Part shown: positions 1 through 11,530 of the stretch, piece after piece
Layout: each line of letters opens with the position of its first letter
Numbering within the stretch: the first letter of the stretch is position 1
From: Paraspadella gotoi
Taxonomy: Eukaryota > Animalia > Chaetognatha
Direction: 5' to 3'
Length of the DNA stretch: 64,000 bases
Assembly: GCA_051294375.1 (NCBI GenBank)
Contig: CM119264.1
Location: forward strand, 4,439,606-4,503,605
The notes under the pieces: generated by a model
The model's input: the letters and a program-made list of their open reading frames with translations, nothing else
Told to the model about the DNA's origin: nothing
Database searches by the model: none
Position numbers and translations under genes: made by a program

Positions 1-1602
1 CATTAGAAATGTCATCATCTGTTTTTATCAAATCAAATATTAATCGCAATTGTCGCCATCTTTATTTCTATCATCTAAATCTTGGTTGACACCGTTACCG
101 TCCCCATCATTTTCGTCGTCGTCGTCATCATCATCGCCGTCATCGTCATCGTCATCGTCATCGTCTCCGGATTCTGCCCGCGGCATNNNNNNNNNNNNNN
201 NNNNNNNNNNNNNNNNNNNNNNNNNNNNNNNNNNNNNNNNNNNNNNNNNNNNNNNNNNNNNNNNNNNNNNNNNNNNNNNNNNNNNNNNNNNNNNNNNNNN
301 NNNNNNNNNNNNNNNNNNNNNNNNNNNNNNNNNNNNNNNNNNNNNNNNNNNNNNNNNNNNNNNNNNNNNNNNNNNNNNNNNNNNGTTATCCCGACTATCT
401 ATTTGACTATCTTTTCTGTAAAAATTCTCCTCGCTAAAAAGAGACGCATCCAATCGTCCAATTGCTTGCTCGTCCTGCGAGATTATCAGCCTTATGAGTG
501 TCAACCGAGTGAGACTTTCATTTTCTTTCATTCTGAGATTCTTTGTTTTCTCTCCCACGTGGACTTTTCTTATCCTACCAATTTCATATTTATCCGTGTC
601 TATCTAGCCATTCATCCACTATCTTACTGTCCATTCTCTCTCCTCTTCTGTCCTCTGTCTGTCCTCACTTTTCCTCGCATCTACCAACTTCTGTCTTCCT
701 CATCCTTCGCTTTAAATCCTTTTCTGCTTCCGACGGTCTGTCGGTCNNNNNNNNNNNNNNNNNNNNNNNNNNNNNNNNNNNNNNNNNNNNNNNNNNNNNN
801 NNNNNNNNNNNNNNNNNNNNNNNNNNNNNNNNNNNNNNNNNNNNNNNNNNNNNNNNNNNNNNNNNNNNNNNNNNNNNNNNNNNNNNNNNNNNNNNNNNNN
901 NNNNNNNNNNNNNNNACTCCATCGATTTCCGCGCGATTTCCTCCATTCCTTTTTCTCCGCCATTTCTGAGAAATGCGTCTCTCGCGCTTCGGAACTGGAA
1001 GAGACCGTGAGAGCCTTTTTTCTCTTTTTGCTTTGTTGTTGTTATCTTTCTCGTTGTCTTTTTTATAATGTCTTGAATTTATTTATTGAACTTCTTAGCA
1101 AAAATTTGATAAATATGTAGTAGATTTCTTTTCATAAATATTGAATTAAATTTTTTTCAAAAAGAACAATTTTGTAGTTGGATTAATAAACAAATATTTT
1201 TTAATTAGTTATTATAATTATTATTAGTAAGTTATTAACTTTTTCACAGAAAAATATATATATTTTTTTTATTAATACCAAAGACAATATTGACAAAATC
1301 ACAAAATCACAGAAAAATATAATTTCTGAAGTGAGTAACATCACATATTCTTAAACAACACTGTTTTCAAATTTGTGTTCAAGATACATAGTATAATAGT
1401 TTTTTACAATTTTAAGCGGTAATTAAAATTCATTACTCAATTACGAATCCTGGAACAATAAAAGTTTCACTTCTTTCGATTTATCTCCTAAACGCGTTTT
1501 TCTTCTTCCTCCTCCTCATCCTCCTCATCCTCCTCTTCCTCCTCATCCTCATCCTCCTCCCAAATTAACATCGATATTCGGGAAATGCAAATCGCCTCCT
1601 CC

Positions 1603-1636
<34 letters not shown>

Positions 1637-1974
1637 NNNNNNNNNNNNNNNNNNNNNNNNNNNNNNNNNNNNNNNNNNNNNNNNNNNNNNNNNNNNNNNN
1701 NNNNNNNNNNNNNNNNNNNNNNNNNNNNNNNNNNNNNNNNNNNNNNNNTCTCTCTCTCTCTCTCTCTCTCTCTCGCTTCTCCCCGGAGATTTAATTCCAT
1801 TTGCATTTCGAGAATTCCAACTCGGATTCTGTGTGGAGAGCGTTTTGTGTGGATCATGAAGGTTTTTTCGAGAAGTGATCATTTTCTGAGGTCTTCGTCC
1901 TCGTCGAAATTATTCACAACATTTTGTGATAAAATGTGAGGCATACGGTGAGAAAATTCAATCTGTCATCTGTT

Positions 1975-1975
1975 T

Positions 1976-2051
<76 letters not shown>
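1975..2051. repeat. (TTTC)n microsatellite
   Basis: Perfect tetranucleotide run. Confidence 0.95.
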
Positions 2052-2127
2052 TGTATTTATCATTTTCGTCATCCATATTTTTTTTTCTCTTCCCTTTTTT
2101 TTCACTCCTTCTCTTTGTCTCTTTGTT

Positions 2128-2169
<42 letters not shown>

Positions 2170-2477
2170 GCTTTTTCTTTCTGTTTCCCTTGCTGTTTCT
2201 CACTCTCTTTTTCATTTTTAAAAGGTAATAAAAAAGTATATTTCCTAATCATTTTTTTCATTATTCAATATAAAGATCTATATTTAATAGTATTTTTTTC
2301 TTCCCTATTTAAGGTAAGTTTAACTTTGTTTGTCTATTTTTAAATCCTCTGATATTAAAATTAACGATGACGGAAACAAAAACCACACGGGAAAAAAATT
2401 TGAGATCTCACCAAAGCAATAAATCGCAAATGCTTTTAACATTTGACGCTTGCGCATTCGGGTTCACGACAATCTGG

Positions 2478-2515
<38 letters not shown>

Positions 2516-3002
2516 AAGGCGGGGCCAAAAAGTGAAGGCGTCTTGAGAGAAGAAAAAGAGTGGAGAGTCGTGTCAGGAAACTAACCTCTGGGAAAAGCGC
2601 CGTCTTGTCGGCAGCGGAAAGATGGAGAAAATGGGGGGAAAAAAGAACAAAAGGGAATCGAGAATTAAATCCAAGGAAAAAAAGAATAAAAGGAGAAAGG
2701 GGCGTCGAGGGAGGGGAGAAAGAGATAAGAAAATAATGGGGAAAAAAAGAAATCTTAAAAAAGAAAAAAATTCTGAGAAAAGTTGAAGAAAACGAGTGAA
2801 AATTTTAAGGGAAAAAAAAGAATAAAACCCCCAAAAAATAAATAAACAAATAAAAATAAAGGAATAAAAGATAAAAGTATGAAAAAGTTTAGGGAAGAGA
2901 TAAAAAAGTGGAGAGGAAATACTAAGACGCTAAGAGATGAAATGCGTCGGTGTGAGAGAGGGGGAGGGAGAGACAGAGAGAGGGGAAGGAGAGGGAGAGA
3001 GA

Positions 3003-3042
<40 letters not shown>

Positions 3043-3368
3043 CTTTGAAAAGACTTTGAGAGCGAGACTATTTGTTTTTTTAGAAAGAGGATCGGTTCTT
3101 TTAGGGAGAGAGACGATGAAAAACAATGCAAGATTAAAAGCAAAAAGGAAGGCGGAGATAATCGATCTGAAAAATGTATTATATGGAAGAAATAAGAGAA
3201 AAATTGGAAAAGAGAAAAATAAAGAAAAATATTATCAAAAACATAAAGAAATATAAAACATTATCAAACACTTAAACTTCCATTTGGAAAATTCCTTTGT
3301 TGATTTATGAATACGTGAAAAATTACAATTGTTATGGTTTTAGTCTTTCGTGTGCAGCGCTAAAAAGA

Positions 3369-3407
<39 letters not shown>

Positions 3408-3891
3408 GGGGGAATTAATTAATCAATACTTCGCCTAGGTGAATGATCTAATTTTTTTTTAAATATTTAGTTTAAAAATTTTAACGATCTTGGCGCAAAA
3501 AAAGAGAGTCCTTCTTTTTTCTTTTTTTTTTCTTTTTTATTTTTTATTTTATAATTAATACTTCATGTATTTTGTTCATTGATATTTGTTTTTCAGTGTA
3601 GGTTTATTATTTCGTTAATGTTTCGTTTATGTTTTGTTTCTTCTCTCAGTAGAAATGAGTCGTCAGAACAAAACAGTTCCATTTATTCTTTGACTAAGTC
3701 ACTTACAAACTGACAATTACATTAGTAGTATCTTTCCTTTCTTCTTTTTTCCCCTACCCGATTCTCTTCTCTTTATCCTATCTTTCCATATTTATATTCT
3801 CATCCTTTTCTGACTTCTCTTTTTTTCAAATTGTCTTCTCTTCTTCCCCTTTCTTTCATTCCGTCTCTCCGCATCTCCGTACATTGACGCA

Positions 3892-3929
<38 letters not shown>

Positions 3930-4926
3930 ATCGAATCTTCTCTCCAAAGTAAAAAATTCGACTGAATAAAATATCGCGGAAAAACAAAATAAAAAAAATA
4001 AAAAATAAAAACTCACGAATTTCAGAGACGAAAGAAGAAAAAAATTGAAATTCTGAAATTTTGACATTTTTCTTTTTCCTTCGCGACGAACGGAAACTTT
4101 TTTTTAAGCGGAAGGGGGGCGGCGGAAGGGGGGGCGGCGGGGGGGAGGAAAGATCTCGAAGCCGTAAAAGCGAAAAGGGGGCGCAGAGACGGAGATGACG
4201 GTTACGGAATATAATAAACAGGGTACAAAAAAAATTACGATGTTAAATGAATATAAGATGTGCGTTTTGCTTTACCATAGAACTGAATGAAAATCACTAT
4301 GAGACTGGGGGGTTTTTTGTCATATTTATTATGGTTATAACTATATAGGTAATTGTTGAACATGACTGATGAGAAAATTTGAAATGACTGTGGGAGAGCG
4401 AACATGGGGGAAGTTTCCCGAAGGTATATTAATTATTAAATGATATAGATTGTAAAATTTGTACAGTGTAAAGATAAGAAAGATAAGAAAGATAAGAAAG
4501 AATAAAGGAGATTGGAAAAGCGGAATTCTGGAAAGGGTTGAGTCTCGGGTAAGTCTCTGGTAAGGACGACGGAAAGGAAACGTCATGCATCGATTAATTC
4601 GATTACAACCGCGAGGATTAGCGGGAGAGGGGGGGTGGGGGGGTGGAGGCTGAGTTGTGGAGTGAGAGGGGGGGGAGGGGGGAAAATATTGGCGGCGGCA
4701 AAGGCGACGCGAGAGATTGGGTAAAAAAAAAACCCAAAAGGGTCCATTATGAAAAAGCAACTGGGGGTTAACTCGCTACATGAAAAACGCTTAGAAGAGA
4801 CTAGCTAGATTATGGCGGCGGTTGAAGCGAGAAACGAATCTGAAATAAAATAACCAAAAAAAAACGGAAGAGAGAGAGAAAATAAAAATAAATAAATGTA
4901 GGAAGATGAACCATTTTGAAATAAAT

Positions 4927-4966
<40 letters not shown>

Positions 4967-5269
4967 GAGAAAGAAAGAAAGAAAGAAAGAAACAAAATTC
5001 CGTAGCGAAAAAAGAAAACTAAAAAAAAAAATAAAAAAGAAAAAAAAATAACGAAATTGAATGTAAAACAGGAAAGCGCGAAATTAAAAAAAAAAAAACA
5101 GAAAAAAAAAGAAAAAGGAAGAATAAGAGAAAATTGAAAAGCGACGGGAGAAAAAGAAGAAGAAAAAGAAGAAGGATTTGCATTCGGCGAAACGTGTTGC
5201 AAGATGAACAACGTAAAACCGTCAAAGAAGTTCAAAGAAAAATCCTTATTGCCTCAATTATGTAAATCG

Positions 5270-6440
5270 TCGACGACGGGGACGAAGACGATGACGGCGA
5301 CGACGACGTAGAAGAGGACGAAGACGATGGTGAAGGGGACGAAGAAGAGGACGAAGACGATTGTGAAGGGGACGAAGACGATGGTGAAGGGGACGAAGAA
5401 GAGGATGAAGACGAAGACAATGAACGGCGACGGCGACGTAGAAGAGGAAGAAGACGATGGTGAAGGGACGAAGAAGAGGACGAAGACGATGGTGAAGGGA
5501 CGAAGAAGAGGACAAAGAACGATGACGGCGACGGCGACGTAGAGAGGAGAAGACGATGGTGAAGGGGACGAAGAAGAGGACAAAGACGATTGTGAAGGGG
5601 ACGAAGACGATGGTGAAGGGGACGAAGAAGATGATGAAGACGAAGACAATGACGGCAACGGCGACGTAGAAGAGGACGAAGACTATGGTGAAGGGGACGA
5701 AGAAGAGGACGAAGACGATTGTGAAGGGCGAAGAAGAGGACAAAGACGATGGTGAAGGGGACGAAGAAGAGGATGAAGACGAAGACGAAGACAATGACGG
5801 CGACGTAGAAGAGGACGAAGACGATGGTGAAGGGGACAAGAGAGAGGACGAAGACGATGGTGAAGGGGATGAAGAAGAGGACGAAGAACGATGGTGAAGG
5901 GACGAAGAAGAGGATGAAGACGAATGGTTGAAGTGGGGATGAAGAAGAGGACAAAGGCGATGGTGAAGGGGACGAAGAAGAGGACGAAGAAGAAGACGAT
6001 GACGGCAATGGCGGTGTAGAAGAGAACAAAGACGATGGTGAAGGGGAGGAAGAAGAGGACGAAGACGAAGTCGACAACGGGGACGGCGGCGTAGAAGAGG
6101 TCGAAGACGATGGTGAAGGGGACGAAAAAGAGGACGAAGACGATGACGGCGATGGCGACGTAGAAGAGGACGAAGATGATGGTGAAGGGGACGAAGAAGA
6201 GGACAAAGACGAAGACAATGACAGGGACGAAAACGAAGATGACGGTGAGGGGGCCAAGACAAAGACGATGACTACGACAATGGTGAAGACGATGTTGAAA
6301 ACGACGATGATGGGCACGAGGGGGAAGACATTGACAAAGATTATAACGAAGACGATGACGAAGACGACAATGATGGGGGCGAGGGTGAAGAAGATGACGA
6401 AGGCGATGGTGTAGGGGACGTAGACGGGGATGAGGACAAA
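5270..6440 (+). repeat. GAN-triplet minisatellite, ~33-bp unit gacgaagacgatggtgaaggggacgaagaagag
   Basis: Many tandem variants that degenerate toward the 3' end. Occasional 1-bp deletions (gaagggacg vs gaaggggacg) break the acidic frame. Confidence 0.85.
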
Positions 6441-7010
6441 TGAGAAAATAAAAGGGGTGACGACAATGATAAAAAAGAAGAGGATGAAGGTGACAAAGAG
6501 AGTAAAGGTGATATTGAAGATGATGACAAGGGCACTGACAAAGATGAGAACGGGTACTACAAAAAAGATAGGACTGAAACTGAGAAGACAATAAGATCAA
6601 CAATAAAGCAGATCATAACAGTTTAATTTAATTTTAATTTAAAAAATTAAGATTATCAAGCAAAAGACAATAGTATGAAGATAAAGACGAAGACAATGAC
6701 AATGACGATCACATGACAATGACGAAGACGAAAACGATGACGACGACGAAAATGAGGAAGACGAAATCGACGACAACAACTTCGAAAATGACGACGACGA
6801 TGACGACAACGACGGCCAATGTGAGCTTCACTCATTTCATACACGGATTTATCCTTCGCATCAGAATCTCACGGGAGAGAAAAATTCTCAGAATCTCCTC
6901 TCGATTGACGTCGAGGAAAAAAAAACGTTTTACTATAATTAAATGAAGGATTCGTCGTTCGTTGTTCTTTTGTCTCGCAGGAGAAAGTAAGGACAATTAA
7001 TTTCCCCAAG

Positions 7011-7126
7011 CGTTCAAGGTTGAATAAGCAGCTCCTGAGCCAAGTAGTTATTCACCGGTAATCACTGGCAGACCGGATTGTGTGGGTTACATTTTATAGT
7101 GACCTTACTTGAGGGTCCATGGTCGC
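7011..7126 (-). mobile_element. Diverged copy of the tRNA-like SINE family
   Basis: Minus strand gcgaccatggaccctcaagtaaggtca...cccacacaatccgg...gctcaggagctgcttat...ttgaacg versus gcggccattggtgccggaggcaagtca...cccaacacaaaggtccgg...gctcagggactgcttatattgaacg at 44206-44046. Confidence 0.5.
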
Positions 7127-7520
7127 AACTAACTCCTCATGCAACACAGTGTAGAATCTGCAGATCGTTACAACGTTACACTTTCCATGTTTCGGATTTT
7201 GTTGTTGTTGTTGTTGTTATTGTTGTTTTGTTTTTTCCAAATCTCGCGATCTTCTTTCGTCGCGATATAACCCGTTACATCTCCGCCCGATCGAGTTTGT
7301 CACGTTTTCCCTGTTTTGTCACGCTCGTCACGTTTCGCTCTTTTTTTTTCCCCGGGCGTGAGATTCGCTCGTTCGACCGCTTCGTGTCGCTGCTGCTGCT
7401 GCTCCTCCTCCCCCTCCTCCTCATCCTCCTCCCCTCCTCCCCCTGAATCGAATCTTGTTTCCTCGACTCGAGTTTGTATCCGTCAACGAAAAATCGCCTC
7501 TCTCCTCTCTCTCTCATCTC

Positions 7521-7572
<52 letters not shown>

Positions 7573-7624
7573 CCTCGCAAATCCACAAATTCTGTTAAGC
7601 GTCGTGGGTCAGACGCTGGGAGCA

Positions 7625-7658
<34 letters not shown>

Positions 7659-8344
7659 GGGGAGTTTGGGTCTTTTCGGGTCATATCGGCGAATTTCGGG
7701 GTCAGAAGCGAAATGAGGAAAGTCGGAGGGTGTTGCTGGGCGAACGACAGATGTTGACGGCCGTGCACAAATCTGTGAGACAAGAAGGTGATAAAATTCA
7801 TTTAATTGTGAATTTGCGATGTTACATGTTTGATTACTACATAGTCTTTAAAATATGTACATATGATTTCATGATAACGTAAAATAAAAACCTAAGCCTC
7901 CGCGAAGAGGGTGGCTCTGGAAAAAAAAGCTTGCTCCGTTGCTTGGATAGAGCTTGGACAGAGGAAACGCCCAAAAACCTTCGGTAAACAAACGCGGCTC
8001 CGCGTTTTTGGGGCGCCTGAGGCGGAGAGGCGGCGGCGGCTGCAGCGTCGATGGAGACTGCAGCGCCTTTTTTCCTCCGAGTTCCGATGCATCGGAGGTC
8101 AAAGGTCAAAAAGTTTCCGAGGGTCAACCAGGCCTGGGTAAGGATAAGGGTTAGGTAAGGTAAGGACGGGATGGAGTGAAAAGGGGAGCGGTTCTCTTCC
8201 GAGGTGAGGTCACGTGAGGCTGAGTCGAAAGTGAGGCGAAAATTGATCGGAAAGTGAGGAGAGAAAAAAAATACGAGAAGGAATAAAATGGATTTAAACG
8301 AATGATGATAAAACCGTTTGTATGGTGAAGCTCGATGTAGCAGT

Positions 8345-8915
8345 TTGAAATGGGGACGAAATGGGGACGAAATGGGGACGAAATTGGGAAATGTGGGGAA
8401 GGGGGGAATGGCGAAATCGGCGCAAAGAGGGGAAATGGAAAAGTTAAAAAGGGCAAAAGGGCGTTAGGATAAAAAGGTGAACTATCGAAAGGATGAAATG
8501 GCGAAAAGGCGAAAGAGGGAAATGGCAAAATGGCGATGGAGCGAAAAAACGAAAGGATGAAATGGCGAAATGGCGAAAGAGGGAAATGGAAAAATGGGGA
8601 AATGGGGAAATGGAAAAATGGCGATAGGGCGATAGAGCGAAAGGATGAAATGGCGAAATAGGGAAATGGCGAAATAGGGAAATGGAAAAATGGTGATAGG
8701 GCGATAAAGCAAAAGGATGAAATGGCGAAATAGGGAAATGGGAAAATGGCGAAATAGGGAAATGGAAAAATGGTGATAGGGCGATAGAGCAAAAGGATGA
8801 AATGGCGAAATGGCGAAAGAAGGAAATGGCAAAATGGCGAAATGGAAAAATGGCGATAGGGCGATAGAGCGAAAGGATGAAATGGAGAAAGAGGGAAATG
8901 GCAAAAAGGGTGAAA
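8345..8915. repeat. Minisatellite built from aaatggcg/aaataggg modules (higher-order unit ~70-85 bp)
   Basis: Recurring aaatggaaaaatgg(c/t)gatagggcgatagagc.aaaggatgaaatggcgaaat. Confidence 0.85.
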
Positions 8916-10123
8916 AGACGAAAGGATAAAAAGGGAAAAATTATAGAAGGAAGTCAAAGGGTCAAAAACGTTTCGATGGACGTTCGCCTCAAGTTCCTCG
9001 TCGAATCAGACATTAAAGTGGAGGTGAGGTGAGATCTGAGGTTGAGGGTCGAGGGCGCATTCTCCGCCAATCAACGCTCGCCGTTCGTCCACGTGACAAT
9101 TTTTGGCCAATCGCAAACCATGATCCGTGATGTGTCTCGACGTTTTTGTGGAAGAATTGAAGTTTATCGCTTTCCTTTTAATTGACATTAATTTTTGATA
9201 CAGGTACGTCTAATTATAATTTGGATAATTCGTAAAATATTTGGGCTTTTGTAATCGTTTAATAATGTCTGTGAAGGATTTTCTTGCCTTTCTGATTGGA
9301 TGTGACTTGATGTGATTTCTATATTTCACTCTTGTATTTAATGATTCATTCTGATTGGAATTGGATTGGAATTTAATGATTCACTCATTCCGTCGCGCGT
9401 GAGATTTCCTCGTGAATTAATCACAGAAATCAATTTTTTTTTATTATCCGCGGACGAAGGGTCATCGGCGGAGAAAGATCGGGGGTTAGGGGATAAATGG
9501 AGTAAAGGGATTGGGGAACAGGGGAGGGAAAAGGGGATCAGGAGGCGACATTAAAGCGTGAGGATGAGAAAGAGTTTTTAAAAAAAAGATCTGAAATATA
9601 ATTTCACACTTATCTGTTGTTAGCTCGAAAGATTAAATGGAAAACATAAGTCATAGTTACTATTGAAATCAAATACCTAAAAAAAAACATCTTTGAATCT
9701 ATAGTTATTTCGTCTTCTGTGAAAATATTGCGAGATAAGAAGGCAAACTTAACGAAAAGAAAATACGTTTAACAAAAAAAACAAATTTACAAAAGGAAAT
9801 TCCAACCTCGGCCCATAAACGAATACATCCGTCCGTTGCTCGCCCACGCCTGCCTCTTTGGCCTGGCCGCCTGGCCGCCTGGCCGATTCCTACGCCAGCT
9901 TCACTGTCCGAGGCCTACGCCTCCTGCTAAAAATAGAAACGAATTTCCGAGAATTCGAATTCTCGGTTTCGATCAGCGACGCGAAGCGAAAAACGAAAAG
10001 CAAAACACGAAAGTTTTTTTTTTTTGCTCGAAAATGAAAAACTCCCCCCCCCTCTTTTCCCTTCCCCTTTCAATCAGGAGGGAGGAGAGAGAGAGATAGA
10101 GGACGAGAGAGAGAGAGAGAGAA

Positions 10124-10163
<40 letters not shown>

Positions 10164-10939
10164 AAGAGAAACTAATGGAGAAAAAAGCCTTGAAGAGAGT
10201 AGAGGAAGGAAAGGGAGGAAATGGGAAGAAGAGGAGAGAGGAAAAAGAAAAAAGAGGAAAGGTAAAAGTTAGTGTGACACACTTTCTGCGAAATAATAGA
10301 GAGGTAAAGAGAGAAGTTGAAATCGAAGAAGGTGGAGAGAAAAAAGGAGAGAAAATACAAATTGTACAAATGGTATGACATATAAAGTTGAGGGTTATTG
10401 ATAGCCAAAAATGGGAAGAAGATAAAGAAGATAAAGGGAAAAAAAACGTAAATATTCAAAAATATGAGAATGAGAAAAACAATATCATTGTTGATCAATG
10501 TTGAAGGAAACAAAGAGAAGTACGAAAAAAGAAAAAATAAGACAGATAGTAATCTAACCTTGTGTTGTATAGATGCTTCCCTCTCTATTTCCAGAAGACA
10601 ACTACTGACTTCTCCCTTCCCAATTGAATTATTAGATATTCTAATTCATCAACTTTTTTAAGAAAGAAAGCCATATATATATTATTGATTACTAATAATT
10701 TACAGCATTAATACTAATCTTCATATAATTATTATACATAATATAAAATAGTGAAATAAGTAATTTGAAATTTTCATAAAAGAGGTATGCTAGGAATAGG
10801 AAAGGCGAATATGTAGATAAGAGCAAAAGGAGGAAAGAAAAGAGATAGAAGGACTGAGAGAGAGATTCGGAATGAAGAAAAAGAAGTTCGCGAGAAAGGA
10901 GAGGTAGCTTAACGAAAAAGAAAAGGAAAAAGGAAAATG

Positions 10940-11530
10940 AGATGAGAAAAAAGGAGGAGAGAAAAGAGAAAAAAGGAAAGACGAATGGAAAAAAAGAAAG
11001 ATGGGGAAAAGAAGAGAGAAAAGAGAAAAAGAGAAAAGAAGAAGGAAGGAAAAGAAAGATGGGAAAAGAAGAAAAAGGAGAGAAAATAGAAAAAGAGAAA
11101 AGACGAAGGAAGGAAAAGAAAGATAGGAGAAAAAGAAAAAGGAGGAGAGAAAAGAGAAAAAGAGAAAAGACGAAGAAATGAAAAGAAAGATGGGAAAAGA
11201 ATAAAAAGGAGAGAAAAGAGAAAAAGAGAAAAGACGAAGGAAGAAAAAGAAAGATAGGAGAAAAAGAAAAAAAAGGAGAGAAAAAGAGAAAAGACAATGG
11301 GAGGAAAAGAAAGATGGGAGAAAAAGAAAAAGGAGGAGAGAAAAGAGAAAAAGAGAAAAGACGAAGGAAGAAAAAGAAAGATAGGAGAAAAAGAAAAAAG
11401 AGGAGAGAAAAAGAGAAAAGACAATGGGAAGAAAAGAAAGATGGGAGAAAAAGAAAAAGGAGGAGAGAAAAGAGAAAAAGAGAAAAGACAAAGGGAGGAA
11501 AAGGAAGATGGGAGAAAAAGAAAAAGGAAA
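10940..11530. repeat. Purine-rich minisatellite, ~60-70-bp unit
   Basis: Recurring ggagagaaaagagaaaaagagaaaagacgaaggaagaaaaagaaagat(a/g)ggagaaaaagaaaaa. Confidence 0.85.

Noticed and set aside
40-1882. ORFs spanning N runs
   Set aside because: They are open only because Ns translate as X.
5232-6603. Long minus-strand ORFs (306-361 aa; Ser/Pro-rich, hydrophobic or Arg/His-rich)
   Set aside because: Several frames are open only because the triplet minisatellite lacks stops on that strand. No domain signal.
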